DNA of 64,000 nt from Vulcanimicrobiota bacterium. GTDB lineage: Bacteria > Vulcanimicrobiota > Xenobia > Xenobiales > JADMJV01. Within the stretch, counting starts at the first letter, position 1. Each line of letters starts with the position of its first letter. The stretch spans positions 648,008-712,007 of the forward strand of contig JBFWNU010000001.1 in the NCBI GenBank assembly GCA_050250895.1. Direction: 5' to 3'. The notes under the pieces are model-generated. The model had not been told where the DNA came from. It saw nothing but the letters and a program-made list of their open reading frames with translations, and did no database searches. Shown here in pieces: positions 16,000-26,408 of the stretch. Position numbers and translations under genes: made by a program.

Positions 16000-16977
16000 C
16001 TAGGCGGTGGCTACGAAGGAGGGAGCGCGGCCGAAGCTCTTGCGATAGCGATCGGCGAACTCATCACGGGTGTAGCTGTGATTCTGGGTGCCGTACTTCT
16101 CCACCACGTAAGCGGCGGCCACGCTGCCCATGCGTCCACATTCGGCCAACTCGCAGCCCGCGACCAGGCCAGCTACGAATCCGCCGCGATAGGCGTCGCC
16201 CGCGCCGGTGGGGTCGACCGCTTTCGAGATCACGCAGGGCGGGACCTCGATGGCCGTCTCGCCTTTGCGCAGAATGCGACTGCCTTTCTCGCCCAGGGTC
16301 ACCACCAGCATGTCCATCTGGTCGAGCAATTGCTCGGTGGTGCGACCGGTCTTCTCTTGGAAGACCGAGAACTCGTAGTCGTTGAGAATCATAGCGTGGG
16401 CGCCCAGAGCGCCTTCGAGCAAGGGTCCGCCCTCCATGGCCGTGACCTGGAAGGAGGGGTCGTAAATCAGCGGGATGCCGGCCTCTTTCGCCTCGCGGCA
16501 GTGACGCAGCATGGCTTCAGGATCGTCAGGGGCGACGATCAGCAGGGCCGGCGAGGGGCCGGCCGAGGCTTTGACACTGATGTTCTTGGAGTGGGGCATG
16601 GCGCCCACATAGAAGCCGGTAATCTGGTTGTTGGCCCGGTCGGTGGTGATGTAGCAGGTGGCCGTGATCTCGTCTTCGACTCGCAGGATGGCCGAGGTGT
16701 CGACCCCGTTCTTCTCGAGGAAGTCGGCGTAGGTGTCGAAATCGTTGCCGGCCGCCGCGATAATGCGGGGGTGGCGACCCAGAAGGGACAGGGTGTAGGC
16801 GATGTTGGCTGCACAGCCGCCCCGCTGCTTGGTGACCTTGTCCACCAGAAAAGAGATGTTGATCATGTGCAGCTTCTCGGGCAGGATGTGCTCCTTGAAG
16901 TAGCCGGGAAAGGACATGATGTTGTCAAAGGCCAGCGAGCCTGCTACCAGGATCTGGCCCTCCATCGTTTTGGCCAC
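16000..16977 (-). CDS. PfkB-family carbohydrate/adenosine kinase
   Basis: Motifs GSLAFD, GGCAANIAY, LNDYE, VTLGEKGS and DPTGAGDAYRGG. GTG start after AAGGAGG. Confidence 0.92.
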   Translation of the reverse strand: MAKTMEGQILVAGSLAFDNIMSFPGYFKEHILPEKLHMINISFLVDKVTKQRGGCAANIAYTLSLLGRHPRIIAAAGNDFDTYADFLEKNGVDTSAILRVEDEITATCYITTDRANNQITGFYVGAMPHSKNISVKASAGPSPALLIVAPDDPEAMLRHCREAKEAGIPLIYDPSFQVTAMEGGPLLEGALGAHAMILNDYEFSVFQEKTGRTTEQLLDQMDMLVVTLGEKGSRILRKGETAIEVPPCVISKAVDPTGAGDAYRGGFVAGLVAGCELAECGRMGSVAAAYVVEKYGTQNHSYTRDEFADRYRKSFGRAPSFVATA

Positions 16978-16990
16978 GGTATTGCCTCCT

Positions 16991-18397
16991 TCAGGGCGTC
17001 GCCGCCGCAGTGGGACTCGCGGCCGGCGTCTCGTTCTTGGAGTAGAGCGGCGCGACGATTCCGCGCCACTCTTCCAGGGGATTGCCCGACGCATTGTAGA
17101 CAGGCTTGGCGCCGTTGTCAACTTGAGTGCTTCCATCCCGGAAAGCTCCCAGGCGAACGTGGCCCAGACTCTTGCCCGACTTGTCGAAAAACTCCAGGTC
17201 GGCGACAGGCTCCTTCAGTTCCGCCGTTTGAGGCAAAGATTCCTCCCAACGAAGGTCCTTGATCTTCCAGAGCAGATCGGTCACTTCGGCGCCGTTATCG
17301 GAGTGGGCCGGCTCGCTGACCTTCCAGCCACCGCTGGTGCGTTTGGCTTCGAGCTTGTAGTCGCCGAGATGCCCGGTGACTTTCTCGACGTTTTCGACCT
17401 CGAAGTCGACCAGGTGGCGCTCTTGGAACTCGTGCACTTCGGGGTGCAGCAATTTGGCCGCTTTGTCACCGAGCTCGACCACCATGGCTTCTTCAGGGTC
17501 GAGTCGGCGGACATAGTACATTCCCGGTTTGACGGCCACCTCCGGACCGATTTCCATCACGAAGGGGCGGGGGTTGTCCTCGAGGGTGGCCTCGACTCGC
17601 AGCCACGGATGGTCCCATTTGACCTTCTCGTCGGGGCCGAGAAAACGTCCACCGGAGAGAGACTTGAGTGCCCAGATGTAATCGTTGACCTGCTGGCGAT
17701 CGGCGGGTGCTTTGATGGGCTCGACCAGCGAGAACTCGACCAGCGGTTCCGGCTCGTCTTCATCCTTCTTCTCGTCTTTGGTTTCGGGCTTTTTGCCGTC
17801 AATCACCAGGGTGTTTGTCGGAGTCACCAGCTTGAGCTTTCTCACCTGGGCCGGAATCACCGGCATCGGACTCTTTTCGCGCAGCGCTTCGATGTCTTGC
17901 TCGAGAGTCTGGCCGAAGGCGCCAGCCACCATATAGATAGGTCCGCTGCCGCCCACCTGAGCATAAAAATTCTGGCCGTCAGGCGTGCGCGAGCCCAGCA
18001 CCAGGTCGTATTCGGCTCCGTCTTCGACATGCAACTTGAGACGATAGCTGGGCTGGTCGAGCCCAAACTCGGCCAAATCCTCGGGCTTGGGGGTCTCGAT
18101 GATCACCTTCTCGTGAGAGAGTTGGCCCAGGTCGTTGGCCAACTGATCCAGCTGGGCTGCGCTGAGCAGCTGCTGACCGAAGAGCCAGCGACCGTCATGA
18201 CGTTCGAAGACCAGCTTCTTGTCGGCTTCTTTAGCTTCGACTTCGAGACGGTCCACCTGGTTCTCTTCGACTTTGGCGAACAGGCGCTTGGCTAGAGCCT
18301 CTTTCTCGGCCTCGTCGGCCTTGTGCTTGGTCGACCAGACATAGAAGCCGGCCAGCCCGATGACCAGCACCAGCATAATCACAGTTGAACGGTTCAT
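16991..18397 (-). CDS. DUF4340 domain protein (Gld-type ABC accessory)
   Basis: N-terminal TM and LAEFGLDQP motif. Last member of the GldA/F/G-like operon. Confidence 0.75.
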   Translation of the reverse strand: MNRSTVIMLVLVIGLAGFYVWSTKHKADEAEKEALAKRLFAKVEENQVDRLEVEAKEADKKLVFERHDGRWLFGQQLLSAAQLDQLANDLGQLSHEKVIIETPKPEDLAEFGLDQPSYRLKLHVEDGAEYDLVLGSRTPDGQNFYAQVGGSGPIYMVAGAFGQTLEQDIEALREKSPMPVIPAQVRKLKLVTPTNTLVIDGKKPETKDEKKDEDEPEPLVEFSLVEPIKAPADRQQVNDYIWALKSLSGGRFLGPDEKVKWDHPWLRVEATLEDNPRPFVMEIGPEVAVKPGMYYVRRLDPEEAMVVELGDKAAKLLHPEVHEFQERHLVDFEVENVEKVTGHLGDYKLEAKRTSGGWKVSEPAHSDNGAEVTDLLWKIKDLRWEESLPQTAELKEPVADLEFFDKSGKSLGHVRLGAFRDGSTQVDNGAKPVYNASGNPLEEWRGIVAPLYSKNETPAASPTAAATP

Positions 18398-18406
18398 GAG
18401 CGGCCC

Positions 18407-19831
18407 CTAGCGAGAATTGTTGCGACCCGAGGCGGTCACGAAGCCGGTCACGGCTACCAGTAAAGGCACCAGGACCATACTCACCAAACGGATCCAGGCC
18501 AGCTGGTTATTCTCGAGCACCAGGGGCTTTGACTTGGACTCGTCATCCCGGATGGTAATCTGGTCGTCGGCCTCGGCCAGCCAGTTGACGGCATTAAGAG
18601 CCAGGTCGCGATTGCCGTTGAGGGCCAGCATATTGTTAGAAAAGCAGTCGATGTCGCCGAAGACCAGCAGCCGCTGCTCTTTAGGCTTGGCCTCGGGCTG
18701 GTCAGGCGCCGGGGTCTCGGTCGGTTTTGGCTGGTCGATCGTTCGGGTCACCGCTACTGCCAGTCCCAGCGAAACCGCCTTCTCGGCATCGGGGGTAAAG
18801 GCGAACTGGGTCTTGCCCACCACCTCGGAGAGGGGCACCGGGTAAGCGCTGGGAGGCGTCTTGATCAGCGGGTCGACGCGGAAGCCTTCCTTCTCGGTCC
18901 CCTTCTCGACGGGGCGGGCCAGGCGGAACAGGGTATTGGTCTTGAAATCGCGGGTGACGGGGCTGTTGGGCGAATAGACGGCGCCCACAGCGAAGACCGG
19001 CTCGGCGTTGACCAGAGCCGAAGCCTCGTCGATGATGACCTCGTCTTTCAGGTCGACTCCGTATTCGGCCACCAGTTCCTGATACTGCTTGGGAGTTTCC
19101 ATCTCGGCCGCCAGCATCAGGTGCCCACCGGCCTCGAGAAAGTCCTTCACCTTCTTGAGTTCGCCTTCGAGCATGGCGCTGGTGGGGCCGGCTAGAATCA
19201 AAGCGGCGGCATCCTTGGGTACTTCCTTTTCAGAGACCAGACTCAACGGCTCGGAAACGAAGCCCTCGGTAGCCAGAGCGGCCTTCCATTCCGAAACCGA
19301 GCCCTGGTCCTTCTGCTCGAGACCACGCTCGCCGTGACCCTGGACAAAATAGACCTTGCGCTCTTTAGAGTGCGAGAGCTTGAGCAAAGCCGAGGTGATG
19401 GCCGCCTCCTCCAAATTGGTGGCGCGCTCGCGCCGCTGGCCCGCTTCTTCGCCTTTGAATTCGAGCACGGCCTGACTATTGGTGCGCACCTCGAGTTCTT
19501 GAGCCAGCGTGGGCCGGCGCTCGACATCGTTAATCTCGTATTCGAACTTCCCGGGGTTGACCTTCTGATAGCGCTCCATCAGCGACTCGACCTCTTTGCG
19601 GCCCCGCCCGTCGGCCTCGAAGACCCAGGCTTTGACGGGCTTGTCCAACCGCCTGAGCAGGTCGAGGCTCTGTTGCGTGAGAGTGTTGCGCTGATTCTTG
19701 GTCAAGTCAAAGGTGTGCTGGTTCTGCTTGGAGATGGCCAGCACCAAAAAGTAGATGGACAAAGCCAGGGCGGCCGAGAAAACGGTAGAGAGAAAAAGCT
19801 TGCTGCGCCGATTCACGATTAGAGCCTCCAC
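18407..19831 (-). CDS. GldG-family ABC auxiliary component
   Basis: Motifs FDLTKNQRNTLT, KVYFVQGHGE, LVFGD and NRDLALNAVNWL, with N- and C-terminal TMs. Confidence 0.85.
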   Translation of the reverse strand: MEALIVNRRSKLFLSTVFSAALALSIYFLVLAISKQNQHTFDLTKNQRNTLTQQSLDLLRRLDKPVKAWVFEADGRGRKEVESLMERYQKVNPGKFEYEINDVERRPTLAQELEVRTNSQAVLEFKGEEAGQRRERATNLEEAAITSALLKLSHSKERKVYFVQGHGERGLEQKDQGSVSEWKAALATEGFVSEPLSLVSEKEVPKDAAALILAGPTSAMLEGELKKVKDFLEAGGHLMLAAEMETPKQYQELVAEYGVDLKDEVIIDEASALVNAEPVFAVGAVYSPNSPVTRDFKTNTLFRLARPVEKGTEKEGFRVDPLIKTPPSAYPVPLSEVVGKTQFAFTPDAEKAVSLGLAVAVTRTIDQPKPTETPAPDQPEAKPKEQRLLVFGDIDCFSNNMLALNGNRDLALNAVNWLAEADDQITIRDDESKSKPLVLENNQLAWIRLVSMVLVPLLVAVTGFVTASGRNNSR

Positions 19832-20577
19832 TTCCGGCTCTCGAGGATGCGCACTGTCAAAAACAGGAATAGCGCTGTCCAGGCCAGGTAGTAGACGATG
19901 TTATGGGTCGAGACATTGCCTCTGGCCATGGCCTCGACGTGCGACATCATCGACAGGTCACCGAAGGTCTCTTTGACGGCCGTGATCTGGTCGTCGAGAA
20001 TCATGATCAACCAGCTGGCCATCAGCCCGCCATAGCTCACCACGGCCGCGATCATCTGACTCGACGTGGTGCTCGAGGCCCACAGGCCAAAGGCCGTGAA
20101 GGCGGCTCCCAGCAGCAGCAGGCCGAGATAGCCCGACCCGATGAGCTTCCACTCGATGTCGGTGAGGCGACTGAGCATCACCACCGACACCGAACTGAAA
20201 GCCAACATGGTGGCCACCACCGTCTGCGCGGCAAAAAACTTGCCGCCCACGATCTGCCACTCGGTCAGAGGATAGGTGAACAGCATCTCGAGGGTGCCCG
20301 AGCGACTCTCTTCGGCGATGAGGCGCATCGTCAAGAGCGGCAGGATGAACAACATGAGAAAGCCCATCCACCATTGCACCGGCACCACCAGATCGTCCAT
20401 GACGTTGACGCTGCGCGCCATGAACGGATTCATACCGGCGCTCATGGAGTACTGCGAATAGCTGTTGACCATGCCGGTGAAGATCAGGCCCAGCACGAAC
20501 AGGTAGATGGCCATCAGCACCCAGGCCAGGCTCGAGTTGAAATAGGCGGCCAGTTCGCGCCGATAGATTGCCAGCAT
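19819..20577 (-). CDS. GldF-like ABC-2 permease
   Basis: Motifs RRELAAYFNS and PLLTMRLIAEESRSGTLEMLFTYP. Confidence 0.9.
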   Translation of the reverse strand: MLAIYRRELAAYFNSSLAWVLMAIYLFVLGLIFTGMVNSYSQYSMSAGMNPFMARSVNVMDDLVVPVQWWMGFLMLFILPLLTMRLIAEESRSGTLEMLFTYPLTEWQIVGGKFFAAQTVVATMLAFSSVSVVMLSRLTDIEWKLIGSGYLGLLLLGAAFTAFGLWASSTTSSQMIAAVVSYGGLMASWLIMILDDQITAVKETFGDLSMMSHVEAMARGNVSTHNIVYYLAWTALFLFLTVRILESRKWRL

Positions 20578-21503
20578 CAGTTGGCCTCCTTGCGCACGAT
20601 TTTGAGAAAGATGTCTTCGAGGCTCAAACTCTGGGGAGTCAGCTCGAGCAGGTCCCACTCTTGAGCGATCACGGTGCGAGCCAATTCGGCCCGCACATCC
20701 ACCCCGGTGTCGGATTCGACCTCGTAGAGGTTGCCCTCGACCTTGCGCACCTCATTAATGCCTTCCACGGTCCCTAGCACACTGGAAACCTTGTCGCTGT
20801 CGGTCCCCACCCGCACCAGGATGCGGGCCATGCCCTGCAGACTCGAGGTCAGGTTGCGAGGAGTGTCGATGGCCTTGATCTTGCCTTCGGCGATGATGAT
20901 GACCCGGCTACACGTGGCCGAGACCTCGGGCAGAATGTGAGTCGAGAGGATGACCGTGGACGATTCGGCCAGTTCCCGAATCAATTCGCGGATATCGCGG
21001 ATCTGGGCCGGGTCGAGCCCCACGGTGGGCTCGTCGAGGATCAAGACCTTGGGATTGTTGACGATGGCCTGAGCCAATCCCACCCGCTGCTTGTAGCCTC
21101 GGGAGATGGTGCCGATCAACTGGTTCTCGACCGAGCCCAGGTTGCAGCGGCCCATGGCCAGCTTGACGGCCTTCTCCCGCTCGCTGCCGGGAATGCCCTT
21201 GGCGGCGGCGGCAAAGGTCAAGAATTCTCGAGTGGTCATCTCGTGATAGAGCGGCACATGTTCGGGCAGGTATCCAACGCTGCGGCGCACCTCGATGGAC
21301 TCATCCGAGACGTCATGACCGGCGATGCTGGCTGTTCCCGAAGTCGGCGGGAAATAACCCGTCAGCATACGCATTGTAGTGGTCTTGCCGGCGGCGTTGG
21401 GGCCGAGGAAACCGAGGATCTCCCCCTTGTGGACCTCGAAAGTCAACCCGTCGACAGCCACTTTATCTCCGAAAACCTTCGTGAGCTTGTTAGCGGCAAT
21501 CAC
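20577..21503 (-). CDS. GldA-like ABC transporter ATP-binding protein
   Basis: Walker A GPNAAGKTT, signature ISRGYKQR, Walker B LILDEPT. Confidence 0.95.
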   Translation of the reverse strand: MIAANKLTKVFGDKVAVDGLTFEVHKGEILGFLGPNAAGKTTTMRMLTGYFPPTSGTASIAGHDVSDESIEVRRSVGYLPEHVPLYHEMTTREFLTFAAAAKGIPGSEREKAVKLAMGRCNLGSVENQLIGTISRGYKQRVGLAQAIVNNPKVLILDEPTVGLDPAQIRDIRELIRELAESSTVILSTHILPEVSATCSRVIIIAEGKIKAIDTPRNLTSSLQGMARILVRVGTDSDKVSSVLGTVEGINEVRKVEGNLYEVESDTGVDVRAELARTVIAQEWDLLELTPQSLSLEDIFLKIVRKEAN

Positions 21504-21576
21504 ACCAGGTCCCTCCTACTAGCGGCGAGGTTGTTCTGCGATGCAGATCACATTCCTCCCTTAACCGCTAGAGGCC

Positions 21577-23070
21577 CTAAAGGTTTCGCTGGTCGTCCAC
21601 CAGTCGACCCACCACAGCCTGAATCTCATCGAGGTCGAACGGCTTGGTCAACCAGGCAGCCACTCCGGGCAGATCAGCCTGCTGCTCGCCGCCGCTAAAG
21701 ACCACCACCGGGATGCCCGAGGTCGCCTCCTGGCTGGCCAGTTCGGCGATCAGCTCAAGCCCGGTCATGCCAGGCATGGTGATGTCGGTGATGATCAGCT
21801 TGGGAAACAATTGGCGAGCGGTGTCGAGGCCGGCCTCGGCCGTATTGGCCACGTGGACGGTGAAGCCGCGCACGCTCAAGAGTCCGCGCAAGACCTCGAG
21901 GGTCGGCACCTCGTCATCGATCACCAGCAGGTCGGGGCCTTCTCCGAGAGGGGGCAGCTCGATACGCTCGAGCAGCGAGCTTCGGGCCAGCGACAGGCGA
22001 AACAGAGCGCCTCCCTCGGGGCGATTGAAAGCCGCGAGGCTACCACCGAGCACCTCGGCGTGGCGGCGGGCCAGGCTCAGCCCCAGCCCACTGCCCTCGG
22101 AACTCTGGTCTTTGCTAAACGGCTCGAAGACGGCCTCAGGGTCGGTCAGCCCCGGCCCCTGGTCGACCACCTCGAACCGCACTTCCTCTGGCTCGTGGGC
22201 GGGGTAGCGATAGCAGCGCACCACTACCTCGTTGTGGCCACCAAAACGCAAGGCGTTGGACACCAACTGGTCGAGGATCTGGCGCAGGCGCTCGGGATCG
22301 CTGCGCAGACAGAGTGGTGACGCCACCACCTCGGTGAACAATCTCGTTCCCTGCTGCGAGGCCTCAAGAGCAAAACGCCGCTCCAGGGCGTCGAAAAGTT
22401 CAGCACAATCCAGGGGAGCCAACCGAGTAAGCGAGTGGTGGCCAGAGCCGCCTTCGTGCTCCTTGAGTTCCTCAAGCATGGCCTGCAATTGGCGCGCCGA
22501 GGCTTCGATCTGGTCGAGATTGGCCAGCTGCTTGTCGGCCAGGACATCTTCGGCCTTACGCCGCACCAGGCGAGCAAAGCCGACAATAGCATTGAGGGGA
22601 TTGCGCAAGTCGTGCAGCGTCTGGCGGAAGGTCAGGTCGCGGCGCTCGCGCTCCTTGGCCAGGGCTGCCGAGACCAATTCATATTCTACGTGAAGGTGGC
22701 GCAACTGAGCCATCAGACTTCGGCTGGTCTCGAGGGCCCGACCTTTCTCGCCGTCGGTCCTGCCACAGGCCAACAGACTGCCCACTCTGGCCAGCACCTC
22801 CCAGCCCGCCAGCGGTTGGCGGATGAACTCGTCAGCGCGCGGATCGGGCTGGTTCGAGGCCACGATCAATAGGACCGGCGGCCGGTCGGTCTGGGCCAGG
22901 ATGGTCGACGACTGACCGCTCGCCTGGTCGAGCAGAATCAAATCGGGAAGATCCTCGTCGGGCAGGCACCAGCCGATCTCGAGACGGTAGTCTGCTTGAA
23001 GAAATTCTCTGAGATTGGCCCCGAGTTCGGCCCTCTCCGTGATCAGAAGCAGGCGTGGGGGGTCGACCAT
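21577..23070 (-). CDS. Hybrid sensor histidine kinase (degenerate REC - HisKA - HATPase - REC)
   Basis: H-box HDLRNPL, N-box LVSNALRF, DQGPG and GSGLGL, plus a C-terminal receiver (TDITMPGMTG). Confidence 0.9.
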   Translation of the reverse strand: MVDPPRLLLITERAELGANLREFLQADYRLEIGWCLPDEDLPDLILLDQASGQSSTILAQTDRPPVLLIVASNQPDPRADEFIRQPLAGWEVLARVGSLLACGRTDGEKGRALETSRSLMAQLRHLHVEYELVSAALAKERERRDLTFRQTLHDLRNPLNAIVGFARLVRRKAEDVLADKQLANLDQIEASARQLQAMLEELKEHEGGSGHHSLTRLAPLDCAELFDALERRFALEASQQGTRLFTEVVASPLCLRSDPERLRQILDQLVSNALRFGGHNEVVVRCYRYPAHEPEEVRFEVVDQGPGLTDPEAVFEPFSKDQSSEGSGLGLSLARRHAEVLGGSLAAFNRPEGGALFRLSLARSSLLERIELPPLGEGPDLLVIDDEVPTLEVLRGLLSVRGFTVHVANTAEAGLDTARQLFPKLIITDITMPGMTGLELIAELASQEATSGIPVVVFSGGEQQADLPGVAAWLTKPFDLDEIQAVVGRLVDDQRNL

Positions 23071-23122
23071 TCCTGCAGTGTTCCAAGGAGGGTAGGGGCC
23101 CTCCTCTTTTGAACCTGCCGAT

Positions 23123-23485
23123 ATGCGTATCCTGGTGGTCGAAGACAACCCCGTCAACCTCGACCTCGTCGTCCAGCTCCTCGAAGACGACCATGACATC
23201 CTTACCGCCGAAGACGGGCAAACAGGCATTGACCTCGCCCTCGAATCTCGACCCGACTTGATCCTGATGGACCTGTCGCTGCCCCGCAAGAATGGTTGGG
23301 AGGCCTGTCAGGCGCTGCGCGAGAGCGGCAAACTCGAGGGGGTCCCGATCGTGGCCCTGACCGCCCATGCCATCAAGGGTGACCGGGAGAAGGCGCTAGC
23401 CGCCGGCTTTGACGACTATGTCACCAAGCCCATCGACGAAGACCAGTTGTTCTCGGTCCTCGAGCGCTACGACCCCCAGAAATGA
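23123..23485 (+). CDS. Single-domain response regulator (DivK-like)
   Basis: Motifs ILVVEDN, LMDLSLP, ALTAHA and YVTKP. Confidence 0.93.
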   Translation: MRILVVEDNPVNLDLVVQLLEDDHDILTAEDGQTGIDLALESRPDLILMDLSLPRKNGWEACQALRESGKLEGVPIVALTAHAIKGDREKALAAGFDDYVTKPIDEDQLFSVLERYDPQK

Positions 23486-23488
23486 CGA

Positions 23489-23516
23489 GCCCCCCGAACC
23501 TTTGTGTCGGAGGGCC
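23489..23516. terminator. Imperfect GC-rich hairpin between convergent genes
   Basis: GCCCCCCGA...TCGGAGGGC stem just after the response regulator stop. No clear U-tract. Confidence 0.4.
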
Positions 23517-23540
23517 AGGATGATTCAGATTCCATAGGAG

Positions 23541-23630
23541 TCATTTGGTCGCAGGAGCGGACTTCTTCTTCTGAGCAATCAGAAGCAGAATCGTTTCGCG
23601 TACTTTGGAGAGATCTTTGGTAGCGCTCAT
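23541..23630 (-). CDS. Small 29-aa protein MSATKDLSKVRETILLLIAQKKKSAPATK (not in ORF track)
   Basis: Perfect SD AAAGGAGGTG 6 nt before the ATG, in an otherwise empty intergenic region. Confidence 0.55.
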   Translation of the reverse strand: MSATKDLSKVRETILLLIAQKKKSAPATK

Positions 23631-23801
23631 GCTAGACACCTCCTTTCGTGTGACGATATTAGCACACCAGCAGTGCAGTTTGGCAACCCCTTGAAGCACA
23701 TTTTTTTTGGCTGCTGTCGAATTTACATTTCCGTCACTTTTGCGAGCGAAATGAGCCCTCCTAATGACGGATTTGTTACCTTCTGTTCAGAACATTGAAG
23801 A

Positions 23802-25034
23802 ATGCGAGAGAGCCTCGGAAGGGCCGACCTGGTTTGCCTCGGACTCAACTGTGTGGTGGGTTCAGGCATTTTTCTGGCACCCGGCAGCATCGCCAAGAAT
23901 CTGGGACCGGCTTCGGTGCCGGCCATCGCCCTGGCCGCCGCTTTGTGTTTGATGATCGCACTTTGCTTTGCCGAGATGGCGGCCACCATCGAAGGCACCG
24001 GGGGAGCCTTTCTCTACTGCACCGAGGCCTTCGGACCCAGGCCCGGCTTTATGGTCGGCTGGGTGATGTGGCTCTCGGGCCTGATCGGCGGCGCCAGCGT
24101 GGCCGTGGGCCTGGGCCAGTATGTCCACGAACTATGGAGGGCGATTCCAGCCACTGCGGTGGCCCTTGTGACGGTCGGCCTGCTGGCGCTGCTCAACTAT
24201 TTCGGGGCCCGGGCCGGAGCTTTGAGCAACGATATCCTGGCCCTGCTCAAGTTCGTGCCGCTGGTCTTGTTCGCCGCCTGGGCGTTAAGCCGTGTGGCCC
24301 CCTCCCGGGTGGTTGGACTGCCCCAGGGCGAGGATCACCTGCTGGGCTTTCTGCTCATCCTTTATGCCTTTAGCGGCTTCGAATGGCTGGCCGTGCCGGC
24401 CGGTGAGGTCAGCGAGCCCCAGAAGAGCGTCCCGTTCGCGTTGACCACGGTGTTGGCTCTGGCTGCGGTGCTCTACATGGCCATCCAGGCAGGAGTGGTC
24501 TCGCTCGGACTGCATGGCTCGGATGCTCCCCTGGCCGAGGCGGCCAAAGGCACCTGGCTGGCCGGACTGGTCACCTTCGGGGGGCTGGCCAGCATCGCCA
24601 GTGTCAATGCCGCCATCGCCTTCACGGGTCCGCGCAGTCTGTGGGCTCTGGCCCATCAGGGCTGGCTGCCCGAGTGGCTGGCCCGGCGACACCCGAGCCT
24701 GGACAGCCCGGCCCACGCCGTCCTGGCCACTTCAGCGGCCACGGCCGCTCTAGTGGTGATCGGCAACTTCGAGTTGCTGGCTCGCTGCACCGTGCTGGTT
24801 AGCCTGCTGCAATACGTGGCCACCATCGGAGCCGTCATCCGTCTGCGCTTCACCCAGCCCGCCCGACCTCGACCCTACCGCCTGCCCGGCGGCCTGACCA
24901 TTCCCATCCTGGCCCTCTCCGTGTGCGTGTTGCTGTTGGCTACCTCCCAATTGCAGTACATCGTCGGGATGGCCGTTGCCCTGGCCGCCGGCTGGGTTCT
25001 TTCGTTCTTTGGCAAGGCTCGCCGAGCCAGCTAG
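23802..25034 (+). CDS. APC-family amino acid permease
   Basis: Motifs NCVVGSGIF, FAEMA, GGAFLY and YAFSGFE, with about 12 TMs. Confidence 0.92.
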   Translation: MRESLGRADLVCLGLNCVVGSGIFLAPGSIAKNLGPASVPAIALAAALCLMIALCFAEMAATIEGTGGAFLYCTEAFGPRPGFMVGWVMWLSGLIGGASVAVGLGQYVHELWRAIPATAVALVTVGLLALLNYFGARAGALSNDILALLKFVPLVLFAAWALSRVAPSRVVGLPQGEDHLLGFLLILYAFSGFEWLAVPAGEVSEPQKSVPFALTTVLALAAVLYMAIQAGVVSLGLHGSDAPLAEAAKGTWLAGLVTFGGLASIASVNAAIAFTGPRSLWALAHQGWLPEWLARRHPSLDSPAHAVLATSAATAALVVIGNFELLARCTVLVSLLQYVATIGAVIRLRFTQPARPRPYRLPGGLTIPILALSVCVLLLATSQLQYIVGMAVALAAGWVLSFFGKARRAS

Positions 25035-25132
25035 GCGTCGGTTTCAACCCCCCTGATTCTGACGAAATTTGAGCGAGTCGAAGGGACTTTGGGTCGACTT
25101 CTGAATTCTCCTGAACGGAGGACCCCGGGTAT

Positions 25133-26344
25133 ATGATCAGAGGACTGGAATTGATGGGAGCCGAGGAACTATCGGCTGTGGCCGCCTTGACCGGCATCGA
25201 GGAAGGCGCCACCCCCGACGAAACTCGCAAGAAGGCCGTGGCCTGGATGGGCAAATCGGTGGGGTGCGAGAATTCCTCGAAGGACATTGTAGAACGACTG
25301 GTGTTGGAGTGGACCGCTCGGCGCCTGGACGTTGCCTTCGACAAGTCGATCTCGACCGACGATCTCGAGCGCAAACTGCGCCTGCACATTGCCGCCTCCG
25401 CCTCCGAGTTCCTGACTCCGGGGTGGCGACTGGTGTGCGCCTTGATGTCGGCCGGCCCGGCCAACACCCTGCCCACCAAGCTGGCTATGCTCGAGCAGGC
25501 AGCCGCCCTGGCGGTTCCCTCGCGCACGGCCCTGCGCGAGCGTAGAGCCGAGTGGTCTGAGCTGTGCAAACGCTGGACCGGGGGCGATCCGCGGCCAGAG
25601 CTCGAACCCGAACTCGAGCAGCTCAAACAAGCCGGCGATCGGGGCCGCGACTGTCTGACAGTAGGAGTGATCATCTGCCTGGTGGACGGCCGCATCTCGG
25701 TCGACGAAGAACGCCTGTTCCGCCACTGCACCGAGCAGATCGGCATCTCTCGCGAACAGACCAACGACATTCTGGCCCGAGTCAACGACCTCTTCTGGCG
25801 CCACCAGAACGAGCTGACCCCCACTTCGGCCCGCCAGGGCAGCAAGGTTCGCCTGGCCGAAGAGGCAGCCCGCCGCACCATGTTCGAATCGGGAGCCCTG
25901 GAAGGGCTGGCCACCGAAGCCCGCCTGGACCTGCTGGCTCACGCCGTGCCCGAAGAAGACGACCAGAAGACCGGATGGTCCCGCCTGATGGGGCGCTTTT
26001 CGGGCCTGGGCGGCTTCTTCTCGAGCAAGCTCAAAGACGAACGCGACGCCACGATGGCTCGCATCGTCTACCACACGATTCTCAAGCAGCACGAAGAAGT
26101 GGCGGTAGCCGAAGCGGCCAGGTCGGCCGAGAATCGTCAGGCTGTCAAAGCGGCCGAACTCATTCCCTCGGTCAACAGCGCCCCCGCTCCCGTGGCTCCG
26201 CCGTCCGAACCAGAATCCAAGCCAGAACCTGAGCCAGAACCCGTCCCCGCCCCCGCTCAAGCGCCGGCCGTGCCGGCGCCATTCTCCGAGCTGTCGCAAA
26301 CCGTAGCCCCTCCGCCCCCGAAGCGCATCATCAAACTCGACTAG
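25133..26344 (+). CDS. Hypothetical protein with TerB-like segment and Pro-rich tail
   Basis: ICLVDGRISVDEERLF resembles the TerB-like motif. ACGGAGG RBS. Confidence 0.55.
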   Translation: MIRGLELMGAEELSAVAALTGIEEGATPDETRKKAVAWMGKSVGCENSSKDIVERLVLEWTARRLDVAFDKSISTDDLERKLRLHIAASASEFLTPGWRLVCALMSAGPANTLPTKLAMLEQAAALAVPSRTALRERRAEWSELCKRWTGGDPRPELEPELEQLKQAGDRGRDCLTVGVIICLVDGRISVDEERLFRHCTEQIGISREQTNDILARVNDLFWRHQNELTPTSARQGSKVRLAEEAARRTMFESGALEGLATEARLDLLAHAVPEEDDQKTGWSRLMGRFSGLGGFFSSKLKDERDATMARIVYHTILKQHEEVAVAEAARSAENRQAVKAAELIPSVNSAPAPVAPPSEPESKPEPEPEPVPAPAQAPAVPAPFSELSQTVAPPPPKRIIKLD

Positions 26345-26408
26345 CTTGGGGTGCTTTCGCCGGGGTTCGCCAGGGAGGATTTACACCATCAATGAAGAAT
26401 TCTTCATT

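Noticed and set aside
15428-16385. ORFs 15428-15961, 15478-15810, 15677-15868 and 15714-16385
   Set aside because: They are translations of the heptamer and 151-bp repeats, Arg/Ser-rich with no protein-like features.
16000-21503. GldA/F/G-like ABC operon as exporter of the rSAM-modified products
   Set aside because: It is on the opposite strand, is a widespread housekeeping-type operon, and has no peptidase domain. The precursors already carry Tat-like signals.
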